Source: a virus (Duplodnaviria; Caudoviricetes). Taken from it: 50,201 bases of DNA. The first letter of the stretch is position 1. Each line of letters opens with the position of its first letter. Made by a program: the position numbers and the translations under genes. Below the pieces are notes generated by a model that saw nothing but the letters and a program-made list of their open reading frames with translations, did no database searches and had not been told where the DNA came from. The stretch lies in the IMG/VR virus record IMGVR_UViG_3300025875_000618, positions 1 to 50,201 of that record. One strand, written 5' to 3'. Shown here in pieces: positions 50,127 to 50,201 of the stretch.

Positions 50127-50201
50127 GGGGGCTCCAGGGGGAGTGGGCGGGTGCCCCGCGGGGTGGTGTCCGCCGCGGGGCACCCGGTCAGGCGCCGGGC
50201 G

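Overview
Very GC-rich actinobacterial phage-like element, almost entirely coded on the minus strand as chains of small genes joined by overlapping stop/start codons (GTGA/TGATG). It carries a DNA-packaging and head module (small terminase, large terminase, portal, MuF/capsid-maturation-protease fusion), two virion-type proteins (SGNH hydrolase, tail-fibre-like repeat protein) and a conjugative mobilisation set (MOB_P-type relaxase running off the left edge, MobC, candidate oriT). Accessory genes include an RlaP-like nucleotidyltransferase, a ParB + DNA methyltransferase + PLP-enzyme triple fusion, an SNase-like nuclease, a papain-like peptidase, DUF1353, DUF2742, DUF6283-like and HAD proteins, and dozens of small Cys/His-rich hypotheticals. 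No major capsid, tape measure, integrase or replication gene is recognisable in the window. The most notable observations are: a roughly 450-nt non-coding stretch at 28464-28917 with a closed multi-helix fold and possible pseudoknots (candidate novel large ncRNA); the ParB-MTase-PLP fusion (candidate new DNA modification chemistry); a 17-bp palindrome GTVCA-N7-TGBAC at about 16 promoter sites, paired with a hairpin around the Shine-Dalgarno; and the combination of packaging and relaxase genes. All family assignments come from motif recognition by eye, not database searches. Many starts were re-called from the ORF track using overlaps and RBS.
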